Origin: a virus
Length of the DNA: 64,000 bases
IMG/VR virus record: IMGVR_UViG_3300034139_000007
Coordinates: 1-64,000 of that record
Direction: 5' to 3' (one strand)
Shown here: in pieces, positions 63,601-64,000 of the stretch
Layout: every line of letters begins with the position of its first letter
How positions within the stretch are numbered: the first letter of the stretch is position 1
The notes under the pieces: generated by a model
What the model saw: only the letters and a program-made list of their open reading frames with translations
What the model was told of the DNA's origin: nothing
Database searches by the model: none
Made by a program: the position numbers and the translations under genes

Positions 63601-63730
63601 AACAGGATTTCCAGGCTGGAGGTTTCCATAACAGGATCGACCGTCCATTTACTATTCTATCTTATATTCTTTTCTATAGATAAAAAATTTTAAGAGAATA
63701 GTGTTTCGGCTTTTTATTCCGTTTGGAAAC
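63601..63730. other. AT-rich inverted-repeat region; candidate replication origin or strong promoter
   Basis: Most AT-rich stretch seen; ACTATTCT/AGAATAGT arms, central TCTATAGA, AACAGGAT direct repeat. Confidence 0.45.
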
Positions 63731-63747
63731 CCCCGCTCTCAGGCGCT

Positions 63748-63972
63748 TTACGCCGCACCCCGGCCCAAGAGCCTCGCACGGACCTCTTCACGCGACAAAA
63801 TCGGCCCCGGACGACGACGCACTACCGGCACCGCGTCGACGCGCTCCAGCTCCAGCACCACGTCGCGCACGTCGTAATCGCTAGCCTCGCACAGACGATG
63901 GACCTCATCCCAGGCCATATCGACCGTGGGAGCGGAGATCGTCCAGAACCGAACCCCGCGTGCCTTGACCAC
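63748..63972 (-). CDS. Hypothetical protein
   Basis: Short ORF on the coding strand at window end. Confidence 0.4.
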   Translation of the reverse strand: MVKARGVRFWTISAPTVDMAWDEVHRLCEASDYDVRDVVLELERVDAVPVVRRRPGPILSREEVRARLLGRGAA

Positions 63973-64000
63973 GTAACGATCCCCACCCGCGAGCTGCGGC

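Overview
About 64 kb of a GC-rich (roughly two-thirds GC by eye) tailed dsDNA phage genome of siphovirus type. No integrase, tRNA gene or CRISPR array is visible. The host is probably an alphaproteobacterium (inference from apparent GANTC avoidance and a short class Ia NrdA without an ATP cone). Positions 1-22.0 kb (+ strand) carry the tail module: G/GT chaperone with a -1 frameshift, tape measure protein with a lysozyme domain, lambda M/L/K/I/J-like tip genes interrupted by an HNH gene, and a modular J. The lysis cassette, a small fibre-like module and a low-affinity iron permease gene follow. Positions 22.0-64 kb (- strand) carry nucleotide metabolism (nrdAB, dNMP kinase, thyX, two MazG-like genes), replication and recombination (ligase, SbcCD-like pair, resolvase, PolA, 5'-3' exonuclease, SF2 helicase), rIIA/rIIB, and a long run of small putative early genes. 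Most notable unexplained signals: (A) a 13-bp palindrome TTTAAC[G/C]GTTAAA at 8 gene junctions, only in the 46-63 kb region, in a fixed orientation, with the central base co-varying with the type of translation start; (B) a second 13-bp palindrome TRTCYASTRGAYA at 6 operon boundaries, next to a ribbon-helix-helix-like micro-gene and an XRE-HTH gene; (C) a 44-aa DNA-polymerase-I active-site-like peptide fused in frame to a MazG-like enzyme; (D) a triplicated C-x-[TS]-x-x-C-I-[AG]-G-W-A protein family. All product calls are from motif recognition by eye; no database search was run.
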